This document shows positions 18,711-28,158 of a DNA stretch of 64,000 bases, piece after piece. The notes under the pieces were generated by a model. It was not told the DNA's origin and did not search any database. It saw only the letters and a list, made by a program, of their open reading frames with translations. Source of the DNA: Acidilobaceae archaeon (GTDB lineage Archaea; Thermoproteota; Thermoprotei_A; Sulfolobales; Acidilobaceae). Made by a program: the position numbers and the translations under genes. Where the stretch lies: positions 32,001 to 96,000 of the forward strand of contig JAWBBK010000001.1 in assembly GCA_038824665.1 (NCBI GenBank). Direction: 5' to 3'. Numbering within the stretch: position 1 is the stretch's first letter; every line of letters starts with the position of its first letter.

Positions 18711-19973
18711 CTAGGAGGACTCTATGTACTCTATGAGTTGTTCTGTATACTCACTGGTCCTCAAAGCTGTAGCTCCGCTAATATGTCTTGCTAGGTCTTG
18801 AGTCACTTTCTTTTCCGCTATAGCTCTTCTTATTGCTCTCTCTACTAGCTCGTTGACTTCCCTCCACCCAAGGAAGTAGCCGACAAGAAGCGAGGCTGAC
18901 AGAACAGCTGCAGTAGGATTGGCTACGTCTTTACCTGCATACTTAGGAGCACTTCCATGAACGGGCTCAGCTACAGCTATCCCGTCTCCCATGTTGAGCC
19001 CAGGAGCCATTCCTATGCCTCCCTCTAAAGCTGCTACCATGTCCGTTATCACGTCACCAGCTACGTTGGGAGTCACGAGAACTTCGTAATCCCATGGTCT
19101 CGTTATGAGCTGTTGAAGCATATTGTCGGTTATCCTGTCGTTCACTAAGATCTTATCTTGAGGAAGAACTCCTCCGTAGATAGTGTTCAGTTCCTCTTCA
19201 GTGACTACGTACTCTCTGAACTCCCTGAGGATAACCTCGTAAGCCCACCTGACGAATGCTCCTTCAGTGTACTTCATCACATTGCCCTTGTGAACTATCG
19301 TGACCCTCTTGTTTCCGTTGGCTAAAGTCCACTTTAGCGCTGCTCTCACTATCCTCTCAGTGCCGAACTTGCTTATCACCTTCAAGCCAAGTCCAGCATC
19401 ACTTCTCACGTTTATCCCGAACCTTTTTCTTAGGAAGTCTCTGAGTTCTTCAGCTTCAGGGCTGTCGTTCTGCCACTCTATACCTACATAGAGGTCTTCT
19501 GTGTTCTCCCTGAATACAACAACGTTGAGTTTATCGGCGTAGACAAAAGGAGCAGGTTGTCCATACCATTTGGTTGGTCTTACGTTAGCATAAAGGTCCA
19601 GAGCTATCCTTAGGGCCACATTGACGCTTCTCCAGCCTGTTCCTACAGGGGTGGTCATAGGACCCTTAAGCCCTGCTCTAAGCACACGAAGAGCCTCTAC
19701 AGTTACGCTAGGAAGACGTTCTCCACAGACTTCCTGAGCTTTTTCACCAGCGAGAAGTTCTAGCCATCTTATTCTCCTCCTGCCTCCGTAGGCCTTTCTT
19801 ACAGCTGCGTCTACAACTCTAATGGCGCTAGACACTACCTCAGGACCTATGCCATCTCCCTCTATGAACGCTATGATAGGTTCGTCAGGAACAGTTAGCT
19901 TACCGCCTTCGTATTTAATCAACGAACTCTCCTCAAGAGCTGGGAGGTCGTGTGCCTCGCAGATCTTGGTCAA
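18711..19973 (-). CDS. icd: Isocitrate dehydrogenase
   Basis: IEGDGIG, KGPMTTPVG, RENTED.Y, VHKGN.MK, HGSAPKYAG. Confidence 0.96.
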   Translation of the reverse strand: MTKICEAHDLPALEESSLIKYEGGKLTVPDEPIIAFIEGDGIGPEVVSSAIRVVDAAVRKAYGGRRRIRWLELLAGEKAQEVCGERLPSVTVEALRVLRAGLKGPMTTPVGTGWRSVNVALRIALDLYANVRPTKWYGQPAPFVYADKLNVVVFRENTEDLYVGIEWQNDSPEAEELRDFLRKRFGINVRSDAGLGLKVISKFGTERIVRAALKWTLANGNKRVTIVHKGNVMKYTEGAFVRWAYEVILREFREYVVTEEELNTIYGGVLPQDKILVNDRITDNMLQQLITRPWDYEVLVTPNVAGDVITDMVAALEGGIGMAPGLNMGDGIAVAEPVHGSAPKYAGKDVANPTAAVLSASLLVGYFLGWREVNELVERAIRRAIAEKKVTQDLARHISGATALRTSEYTEQLIEYIESS

Positions 19974-20089
19974 CCTACAGCCCCTCCCTTCAGCCTCCTG
20001 ACTGCCTTTCTTCTCAACTCAAATACCTTTGTCTCTGTGTCTTTTTCTCTTTCAGTCTTTTCCGTTCCGTTCCCACCGAAATCTAACAG
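19970..20089 (-). CDS. Possible 39-aa charged peptide (CTG start) translationally coupled to icd
   Basis: GTGGTG SD then CTG; MLDFGGNGTEKTEREKDTETKVFELRRKAVRRLKGGAVG; its TGA overlaps the icd TTG (TTGA). Confidence 0.35.
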   Translation of the reverse strand: MLDFGGNGTEKTEREKDTETKVFELRRKAVRRLKGGAVG

Positions 20090-20159
20090 ATGCTAGACAC
20101 CACGTCACGGACATAATGTATTTAGGTAGAGGACTCCCTTCTTCTCGAGGAGAGTCAGT

Positions 20160-21446
20160 ATGAAGCGTTCCGGGGTCTGTGACGAGCTACTAGCCTTCGA
20201 TGACGTTGCTGTAATTCCGGGCAAAGCTTTTGTAGAGCCCGGACAGGTAGACATCAAGAGCAGATTCTCAAAAAACGTAGAACTTGAAATACCTGTCGCA
20301 TCAAGCCCTATGGACACTGTAACCGAATGGAGGCTAGCTTTAGCTTTAGCAAGAGCAGGAGCTCTAGGCGTGATCCATAGAAACATGAGCATCGAAGAGC
20401 AGGTTTCACAAACACTGAAGGTAAAGAGCGCTGAGCCAGAGCTGAACAGAGAAGTCCTCATAGCCTCAGGAGGTGATGTGGTTGAACTCATAGCCAGAGC
20501 TAAGAAAGAGGAGATAGCTTCAGCTCTAATCTTAGAGAGAGGAGAACCTATAGCTATCCTAGTCCTAGACGTAGGAGACGCTGAGTATTGGCTAGACAAA
20601 GCGTTAAGCGTGTCCAAGCTCGTGAAGCTACTTGGTCTCAAACCTTCTCTAGACGAGAAAGGCAGATTGAGAGTAGCCGTTGCAACAAGTCCTATAGATC
20701 ACGAAAGAATCAGGAAACTCGATTCTGCTGAGGTCGATGTCATTGTGATCGATGTTGCTCACGCTCACAACGAGAACGTAATATCGTCTCTGACCAAACT
20801 CTCCAAAGAGCTAAGAGCTGACCTCGTAGTTGGTAACGTAGGATCTCGAGAAGCCGTCATGGAGTTTCTCTCAAGAGTAGAGAAGGTGGACGCCTTTAGG
20901 GTAGGTATAGGTAGCGGTAGCATATGTTCGACAGCCGAGACCACTGGAGCCTATATGCCAACACTCACAGCAGTTATCGAGGCGAGGAGAGGGCTAGAGG
21001 AGATGGGGGCTTGGAAAAAAGTGCCCATCATAGCGGATGGGGGGATAAGAAGAACTTCAGATATAGTCAAGGCTATTATAGCTGGAGCCTCGTCTGTAAT
21101 GTCTGGAAGGCTCTTCGCTGGAACGGAGGAGTCAGCTGGACTGAAGATCAGAATAGGAGACAAAACTTACAAACAATACAGAGGAATGGCTAGCAAAGGA
21201 GCTATGGAGAAGAGATTTGCAAGCGACAGGTATTCGAAACCCTCTAAGGCTATAACTGAGGGAGTAGAAGGCTTAGTTCCTTATACAGGAAGTGTCTACT
21301 CGGTACTGGTTGAGATAGTTGCTGGTCTTAAGGCGGGTCTAGGCTATGCTGGAGCGAGAAAGATTGAGGAAGCCTGGAGCTGTAAGCTGGCTAGGCTGAC
21401 AGGCTCTGCTAGAACAGAAGCAAGACCTCATGATGTGGTTCTCTAG
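20160..21446 (+). CDS. guaB: IMP dehydrogenase
   Basis: SSPMDTVTE, DVAH, GIGSGSICST, ADGG, YRGMAS, EGVEG. Confidence 0.93.
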   Translation: MKRSGVCDELLAFDDVAVIPGKAFVEPGQVDIKSRFSKNVELEIPVASSPMDTVTEWRLALALARAGALGVIHRNMSIEEQVSQTLKVKSAEPELNREVLIASGGDVVELIARAKKEEIASALILERGEPIAILVLDVGDAEYWLDKALSVSKLVKLLGLKPSLDEKGRLRVAVATSPIDHERIRKLDSAEVDVIVIDVAHAHNENVISSLTKLSKELRADLVVGNVGSREAVMEFLSRVEKVDAFRVGIGSGSICSTAETTGAYMPTLTAVIEARRGLEEMGAWKKVPIIADGGIRRTSDIVKAIIAGASSVMSGRLFAGTEESAGLKIRIGDKTYKQYRGMASKGAMEKRFASDRYSKPSKAITEGVEGLVPYTGSVYSVLVEIVAGLKAGLGYAGARKIEEAWSCKLARLTGSARTEARPHDVVL

Positions 21447-21460
21447 ATCTGGGGAAGGAC

Positions 21461-22036
21461 GTGACGGTCGTTAAAGTCATCGTAACGAAGTTCGGTAGAC
21501 GCACTCTAAAAGTGGGTCCAGTTAAGTTATCCGTTCTTGAACCTATAGAGGTTCGCTCAGAACAATTTGAAGGAGATATAATTGAAGTCCTGGCTAGAAT
21601 CAGCGAATCTGAAGTTTTCAAGGAAGGAGTGGTATATGTAGTCGCTGAGATAATCGGAACAGGAGCCAGATTAGTCTATGGAGATACAAAAGAAAGAGGA
21701 AAGGAGAAAGCTCTCTTCCCTCGACCAGCCAAGTTGCTCGAAGTAGGAGCTGTCAGAATCAGTTCCCTGAAGTACGATCAAAAGCTTGGAGGCGTTGTCT
21801 TCAGAGAGAACGACGTAGAGTGGCACGTCGTAACGGAGAACGTATACGTATTCGACTCTTGTATAGAAGTCGAGGAAGGGGTGGCGTTCGTGGTCTTAAA
21901 AACGGATCTAGGCAAGGCTGTAGTCAAAACCTTAGATCTTTCGAAGAGCGAACTATTCTCTCAGCTTCAAGAAAAACGAGCTGAAGAATTTCCTCTCGGT
22001 GAGATCGAATCAAATGAAGGAAGTAACCCCTCTTAG
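21461..22036 (+). CDS. Hypothetical protein
   Basis: Coding-like ORF after guaB with GGGGA SD. Confidence 0.65.
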   Translation: MTVVKVIVTKFGRRTLKVGPVKLSVLEPIEVRSEQFEGDIIEVLARISESEVFKEGVVYVVAEIIGTGARLVYGDTKERGKEKALFPRPAKLLEVGAVRISSLKYDQKLGGVVFRENDVEWHVVTENVYVFDSCIEVEEGVAFVVLKTDLGKAVVKTLDLSKSELFSQLQEKRAEEFPLGEIESNEGSNPS

Positions 22037-22229
22037 TATCGAAGTCTCTGCCGCAGAGAGAACATCTGAAGAGGAAAGCTCTGGGAGGTCTGAGCTGAAG
22101 TCCTACGTTTCTGACAGCTTCTAGGACGTGTTCAGATAACAGTGGACTGTAGTAGTCCTCAGGCTCAGTTATACTCGACGCTATCAATGAAGCTCCTCTG
22201 ATTATCTCCTTCTTAGTTTGGTTCTCCAA
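21924..22229 (-). CDS. C2H2 zinc finger protein
   Basis: CSLCGRDF...HLIRSH; 113-bp convergent overlap with previous gene. Confidence 0.75.
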   Translation of the reverse strand: MENQTKKEIIRGASLIASSITEPEDYYSPLLSEHVLEAVRNVGLQLRPPRAFLFRCSLCGRDFDTKRGYFLHLIRSHREEILQLVFLEAERIVRSSKDLRF

Positions 22230-22269
22230 GACTTGTAGCCCTCAAAGACCTTATCTCCGCTACAGGAGT

Positions 22270-23070
22270 TCACGGATAAAGCCTACTGAGAGTTCTAAGC
22301 TTTCCATCTTCGATCAAAATAGGAGTTATCTCTACATAGGACTGTAAGATCGTGCCCCTTATCTTGGGAAGTAGTACGTGTTCTATCTGGAAGAAGCCCG
22401 CACTACTATCCATGTAGACCTTAATGTGAATAGGTCTTTCTCCTCTATCTACCTCAACTCTCTTTATGCTAAGAGCCGAGAGAGCATGCATGTCGGTTTT
22501 GCCTCTACTGTATGGAACTCGAGCTCTTCCTTCAGCCATGTCTGTACCGTCCGCTATCTTTACTATGCTCGACTCTACTGTCAAAGCGCTCACTCCCGGA
22601 GCTGAGGAATAGACTATGTTGGCGACCTCGCTCGCCATTCTGTAATAAAGCCTAGGATCCTCGTTTGGGAACACTGTAGAAACGACTCTCTTGGTTATAT
22701 CGTAAGCTAATAGGGCTCCGAGTTCTTCATGACCATGTCTGTGTATAGCGTTACCTATGTCATGTAGAGCCGCACCTAGCAAAAGAATCGCCTTAGAGTG
22801 CTCTACGCTTTTCACTACCCCTTGCGCGAGACTTGATGGAGTGAGGCCTTCATTCGTCAAAAGGTCAAACATAAGAAGAGAAACGCCTGATACGATGGCT
22901 ACATGTACAGGACCGTGGTCGTTGTAGAGCATTCTCAAAACTGCGTTCACGTTCGACATCCTGATCAGCTCTTGAATTTCTATATCATCGACTATGACTC
23001 TCCACGTCTTAGCTACAACAGGATCTCTTCGAGAGTACTCTTCTATGAGATGTGGACCTACGATTGGCAA
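22270..23070 (-). CDS. HD-domain phosphohydrolase
   Basis: YNDHG.VH, LHDIGN, ADGTD..GRAR.PY. Confidence 0.9.
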   Translation of the reverse strand: MPIVGPHLIEEYSRRDPVVAKTWRVIVDDIEIQELIRMSNVNAVLRMLYNDHGPVHVAIVSGVSLLMFDLLTNEGLTPSSLAQGVVKSVEHSKAILLLGAALHDIGNAIHRHGHEELGALLAYDITKRVVSTVFPNEDPRLYYRMASEVANIVYSSAPGVSALTVESSIVKIADGTDMAEGRARVPYSRGKTDMHALSALSIKRVEVDRGERPIHIKVYMDSSAGFFQIEHVLLPKIRGTILQSYVEITPILIEDGKLRTLSRLYP

Positions 23071-23355
23071 GTCCTGCTCCTAGAAGTCTTCATTAAACGG
23101 ACCGTTTTCTTCTTGATGTTTTAGGAAGCGTTTATAAATGTTGTTTTCTGTCATGTCTACACGAGATTGTTCCACGTAGTGATGAGAATACGGTTCTGAA
23201 CTAGCTAGTAAAGTAAAATTGAATGGAAACTCCTGTGTCATTTCTGTTGTCTATGAGCTGTCTATGAGTCTTCATATGTGAGACTAGGTCTTGATATGAA
23301 CGACGAAAATTAATATCTGAGGACAAACGATAGAGAATGTTTGTCTCTAAATGGT

Positions 23356-24444
23356 CTAAATAGGAATGACAGGAGTTTCGCCAAAGAGCTTAAGAGCCAC
23401 CTTGTCGCCAGGCTCTAGACCGGATACAGGGATCACTCTAACTCCCAGAGCCTTCTTCTTTGTCTTAGAATATGCTGCTACTTCCAGAACTAATCCAGCA
23501 ACTCCTTCTACGTCTGCAGGAACGGCAGCCATGTCCAATCCTGCTAGACACACGCCTGAAAGTCTGGCCAAGTCTCTAGCCGTCACCCCGCTTTCAACCA
23601 CTCTAAGCTTTAGTCTGGAGTCCTCGGCTACAGGAAGCTGAACTTCGTTATAGCCCAACGAAGGAATGTTTTTAGTTGCTCTCTCTAGAACGTCATTGAC
23701 AAGTCTGACACCCCAAGCGTAACCTGCTTTAGGCATCCTGACTCCGGCCACAGCTTCCGTAAGCCCTAAAGACGATTCGCTCATCCAAGGCGAGACGCTG
23801 AGATCTACGCCTCCAACTTCTGCTTTCAATAGTTTCGCTGCTCTCTCCGCAACGTCTATAGCGATTCTTCCCGCTCTGAGAACTGCGTTCTCAAGTTCTT
23901 CTAAACCCCCTCTCTGATAGGCTTCAAGGAGGTAGTTGGGATAGAGGAGCGAGACTGTCACAAAGTCGTGGTCTCCAGGAGAATAGGCTAGAGGGAAGTA
24001 GGGGGTCACTATGGGCTCTCCGAGAGTGTTGATCCCAACTCTTGTTGCAAAGTTTAAGTCTTCATCAGCGACCTTATGAATAGCTCTTGAGACTCTAAGA
24101 GCTGTGTCCCAGTCGTGAGCGTCTAGCAAAACCCCCACTGTAAGGTCTTGTTTAACAGCCTCTGAGACCGCTTCCTCTAGCTTCGAATGTGACGCTGGAA
24201 CGTTCCCTATAGAGGCCATCACTAGAGCTGGCTTCCTCTCGCTCAGCTTCTTGGCTAAGTCTGCTGGATTCACATCGAGAAGCGGGGGAAGGACTAGCCT
24301 AACGGTGTTGACTGTTACTCCTAGGTCTCTCTCTACCTCGTTCTTCACGTCGAGAAGTCTATAGGTCAGGTCTTCAACTCTTTCCCATCCCTCTTCAAAG
24401 GTTGCATGAGAGAGATGTAAGACTACAGCCCTCACTGCGAACAT
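23356..24444 (-). CDS. DUF711 (PFL-like fold) family protein
   Basis: TPYFP, GVDLSVSPW, GYNEVQLPVAED, C.AGLDM. Confidence 0.8.
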   Translation of the reverse strand: MFAVRAVVLHLSHATFEEGWERVEDLTYRLLDVKNEVERDLGVTVNTVRLVLPPLLDVNPADLAKKLSERKPALVMASIGNVPASHSKLEEAVSEAVKQDLTVGVLLDAHDWDTALRVSRAIHKVADEDLNFATRVGINTLGEPIVTPYFPLAYSPGDHDFVTVSLLYPNYLLEAYQRGGLEELENAVLRAGRIAIDVAERAAKLLKAEVGGVDLSVSPWMSESSLGLTEAVAGVRMPKAGYAWGVRLVNDVLERATKNIPSLGYNEVQLPVAEDSRLKLRVVESGVTARDLARLSGVCLAGLDMAAVPADVEGVAGLVLEVAAYSKTKKKALGVRVIPVSGLEPGDKVALKLFGETPVIPI

Positions 24445-24568
24445 TTCTCCCGCCCTCTAAATCGAGCATTCATTAGGTTATATATGTACACTATAAGAGT
24501 TCCTGCTGAGAGAGTTATTACCAAAAACTAAATTTGGAAGCTGATCAGTAAACGCGGTGTTGAGACCT

Positions 24569-24907
24569 ATGCCGAAGCTTTGGAAATGTCAGGTCTGCGC
24601 GCTCGTCCTTGAGGTTGAAAGTCCTCCAGAGAGATGTCCAAGATGTGGAGCTCCTCGCGAACAATTCAAAGAGCTAGCTGAAAACGAAGTTCAACTAATT
24701 CTGAGATCTAGACTTACCAACTCTCTCCACATGAGAGCTCTTACGCTACTAGAAGAACTCAAAGAGATAGCTGAGAAAGGGATTCGAGACAATCTAGATC
24801 CTCTTTGCCTAAAGATATTTCAGAAAGAGAAAGAGTTCGCAGAGCTAACGATTCAGGAGATAAAGGCTGAGCTAGAAGTCCACATGAAGAAAGGCAAGTG
24901 GGGCTAA
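24569..24907 (+). CDS. Rubredoxin-like domain protein
   Basis: WKCQVC...PPERCPRCGAP..F; C-terminal IKAE...H..KGKWG. Confidence 0.8.
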   Translation: MPKLWKCQVCALVLEVESPPERCPRCGAPREQFKELAENEVQLILRSRLTNSLHMRALTLLEELKEIAEKGIRDNLDPLCLKIFQKEKEFAELTIQEIKAELEVHMKKGKWG

Positions 24908-24913
24908 AGATCT

Positions 24914-27900
24914 TCAGAACTCTTCTTCTCCAAGCCTCTCAGCTATTATCTTTCTCACTCTTACGAACACTATTCCCGCTATGACTAACCCGATAGCTCC
25001 TACTATTAGGGGAGCATATCTTATCAAGGTCGCTATTATACCTGGTTCTACTATGAACTCTTTGGAGGTACTGGACTCTAAGATCACAACATCGCGGAAG
25101 TCTTTGTAGAATCTCTTCGATATAGTGACCTCATAGAATCCGTAAGGTAGCTCTAGTCTGACCTTACCGTCCCTTCCTGTCATCACTACAGCTGTCACAG
25201 GAATGTCTGTGCCGCTTATCGCGACTTTAGCTTCTTCCATCTGTCTGCCCCAAATGTCTTTTGCTGTGATCTCCAATGTGAACCTCTTCCTAGTCATATT
25301 TATTGTTATTGTTTTGGGCTCTATAACCTCGACCACTATCTCTTTTGGTCTCTCGTAGACGTCTAATCCTAGCGGCTCTAATTTGAGCCTATAGGTTCCT
25401 GTCGGTAGCTCTACCGTAGCCTCGCGGACAACTACAAGGCTTCTCGGAAACACAAGAAGAGCCGAACCTGCTTTTAGTCTTTCTATAGAAACTCTATGAG
25501 CTACATCAACAGGTGCTCCTGCATCTAGGTCCCATAGTAAAATCTTTATGGGCAAATATGATGGAGCAAGCACTACTTTATCGGGCGTCGTTCTCGTCAG
25601 GAAGACTCTAATTGTAGTTGTAGTCTCACGATAAAGCGGACTTAGAGGAGATATGTGTACCGTGTACTCGCCTGGTCGGACTCCAGTTGCTCTCAGAACT
25701 CCGTCTTCTACTACGAAAGTATCGTAACCTACTAGAGTCACTTTAAGAGGTTCTCTAACGACCTCTCCGTCTACATTTAAGAATGTCAGCGTGACCGTAG
25801 TCGAAGGTGGGTGGTATCTCATGATGGTCTCTATAGTTCTTTCTTCGTCTATGATCTCTAACTTGAGTGGAAAGCCCGGATAGTATATAAGCAATAGGTT
25901 CCTTATAGTAACGTCCCCTCCTACGCTCACGGCTAGAGACGCTGGAGCTGTGGCTCCAGGTGCGTAAAGCGTTAAGTTATAGACGCCTGCTGGAACGTAA
26001 AATGGTGCTGTCCTCCTAGCTCTAGTCATTGCTACGGTCGAACCGGTTTCGTAGTCTTTCAGCACAAGTTCGATATCAAAAGCGGGATCAATAACGTACC
26101 AGTTGCCTTCATCGTCATATGTGACAAGCACCAGGTTGACGACTAGCGGACGCAATGCTTCTATCTTCTCTCTAAAAACGTAAACTCTGTTGGTACCGGG
26201 AGAAAAGGCGACAACGTATGGACCCGCTAGCTCTATGGAGGCTCCTACTAAGTCTGTATCTAACCCTTCATAGCCCGGAGGGCCTCTCCATAGAGGAGTC
26301 CAGTTGTTTATGTCAATGAGCTGAAGCCTGCCGTTTTCAAGACCTACGAGGGCTCGAAAGTCGTCTACCATTCTGATAGATGTGACAGGCGCTGATCCGA
26401 TTGTGAGAACTGAGTTTATGAAGTATCTGTCAAGACCTTCAGCAGACGAGACAACACCGAGGCTTCTTAGCCAGCATATCTTAAACAGAAGTCCTTTATC
26501 AGTTCCTACAAGCATAGTCCTGCCGTCACTCGACACGATCAGACTTCGTGATATACTGCCTAGATATATAAGTTGTGGCTGTTCGTAGCCGACGTCAGCT
26601 AACCTGAAGTCTCTCTCCAGGTAATAAATTGCGAGCCACTCGCCTAAGCCTATTATTGCTATGTATTCTACGTTGAGAGCATCCCAGCCCAAAGGCTTTT
26701 TGAGAGGCTTTACAAACAGCATGACTGTGCTGTTAGCTAGGTCTCTAGCTCCCGTTTCCGCTAGTTGAGTAGGTATGGGGAGAAGGAGAAGTCTCCCATC
26801 TCTTCCATACTCAAAAAAGACAGGTAGCCTTGTCGTATCAAGCACCAATAGGCCCTGCATTGCGTTAGGAGAGTAGAATCGTTCTCCTTTTAGCAGACAG
26901 TTCTCTACGAGGTCTAAACATTTATCTTTAGATAAAGTCATGCTGACTAGCGAAACGCTTCCTGGCTTTACTTCTATCTGAAGTTCACCAAAGTAGTACT
27001 CTCTAGTCAAGACTGCTCTGGTCGTGCTGTCTCTCACTACGACCTCATAAAGCACTCTGACCTTATACGTGTCTGGAGGCAGATTCTCCAATCTAAGCGT
27101 TCCATTGTCTCCGTAATATACCGGTATGGTTGCTGGAGCCCGCGGATAGGGTAAAGGAAGTAGGTAATTGCTCCAGGATACGATGTAGTAGAGCGTTCGC
27201 TCTTCTACTACGCCTCCAAAAACCGCTGGCTCAAAGACCCCTGTGTAAGCTTCGACAAGCTCGTTTTGTTCGTTGAGGTAGTAAACTCTTACGAACACTG
27301 AGCCTAAGAAGGGGCTCGTCGTTATGAGTTCTGGCATCTTTAAGTCCGTAAGGGCTATCACCCTGTCTCCTAAATACTTGTATGAGTGCCAGCTCGACAG
27401 CTCTGTAAGAGGCGCTACTCTTAAGACTTTAAACCCATAGAGCCCCGTTACTGCTCCCTGGTTTTTTAGAGGACCAGCTTCAAACCAGCCGGACATAAGC
27501 TCTCTAGCTACTCTCATGACATAAAGAAATCCTCTCTCATCTAAAGCTATGAGACGGGGATATTCCTCTGCGTTCGAGAGCCGTACTATATAGGTAGAAA
27601 TTGCAGAGGTTCTCGTAGCTGTGTAGAACCTAACTACGGGGCTCCAGTCTTTAAGGTCGAGAACCAAGACCTCGCCGCTATCCGAGCCCACAATAGCGTA
27701 CTCGGCAGAACTTGAGTCTAACTTTAAAGATGTAACTCTACCGATCACTGCAAAAGCCCTCTCGATCTTAAGCTTTTGAAGATCAAGGCTTGCGACGTAC
27801 CTATCTCCGCCGAGAACTGCCTTGAGTTCTGAGACCTCATAATGAGAATATGTCATCCATGCCGGTAAAGTGACCACTTCTAGACCGTAAACGTTACCTA

Positions 27901-28009
27901 GAACTCTTTCAACAGATCTTTCTAGAACGACTGCTGACGATGCTTGCTGAGCCACAGAGATCATGAATACCATTAGGAACATTAGAGTTACCGTAATCTT
28001 TCTTTCCAT
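24914..28009 (-). CDS. Large cell-surface protein (signal peptide, beta-propeller-like repeats, Ig/PEGA-like repeats, C-terminal TM anchor)
   Basis: Hydrophobic N-terminus; VG...G.V/L blade motifs; repeated PG.Y.(L/V) motifs; TM followed by basic residues. Confidence 0.8.
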   Translation of the reverse strand: MERKITVTLMFLMVFMISVAQQASSAVVLERSVERVLGNVYGLEVVTLPAWMTYSHYEVSELKAVLGGDRYVASLDLQKLKIERAFAVIGRVTSLKLDSSSAEYAIVGSDSGEVLVLDLKDWSPVVRFYTATRTSAISTYIVRLSNAEEYPRLIALDERGFLYVMRVARELMSGWFEAGPLKNQGAVTGLYGFKVLRVAPLTELSSWHSYKYLGDRVIALTDLKMPELITTSPFLGSVFVRVYYLNEQNELVEAYTGVFEPAVFGGVVEERTLYYIVSWSNYLLPLPYPRAPATIPVYYGDNGTLRLENLPPDTYKVRVLYEVVVRDSTTRAVLTREYYFGELQIEVKPGSVSLVSMTLSKDKCLDLVENCLLKGERFYSPNAMQGLLVLDTTRLPVFFEYGRDGRLLLLPIPTQLAETGARDLANSTVMLFVKPLKKPLGWDALNVEYIAIIGLGEWLAIYYLERDFRLADVGYEQPQLIYLGSISRSLIVSSDGRTMLVGTDKGLLFKICWLRSLGVVSSAEGLDRYFINSVLTIGSAPVTSIRMVDDFRALVGLENGRLQLIDINNWTPLWRGPPGYEGLDTDLVGASIELAGPYVVAFSPGTNRVYVFREKIEALRPLVVNLVLVTYDDEGNWYVIDPAFDIELVLKDYETGSTVAMTRARRTAPFYVPAGVYNLTLYAPGATAPASLAVSVGGDVTIRNLLLIYYPGFPLKLEIIDEERTIETIMRYHPPSTTVTLTFLNVDGEVVREPLKVTLVGYDTFVVEDGVLRATGVRPGEYTVHISPLSPLYRETTTTIRVFLTRTTPDKVVLAPSYLPIKILLWDLDAGAPVDVAHRVSIERLKAGSALLVFPRSLVVVREATVELPTGTYRLKLEPLGLDVYERPKEIVVEVIEPKTITINMTRKRFTLEITAKDIWGRQMEEAKVAISGTDIPVTAVVMTGRDGKVRLELPYGFYEVTISKRFYKDFRDVVILESSTSKEFIVEPGIIATLIRYAPLIVGAIGLVIAGIVFVRVRKIIAERLGEEEF

Positions 28010-28158
28010 AGCTCCTCAGTTCATTAAAAATCCTACCTGAAGTATTTAAGGATTTTAGAGAAGAAGCTTGAAATAGATAAAAAACTAATATATAAATCCT
28101 TTGTCCACATAATTAAAGAGCAGGAAGAATAGAGCCATTAAAGCAAGGTTGGAAACCT

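Noticed and set aside
20105-20641. Long antisense ORFs (also 3138-3548, 12259-12645, 29380-29874, 50959-51369, 61251-61664, 63594-63890 and others)
   Set aside because: Ser/Leu-rich shadows of well-supported genes on the opposite strand
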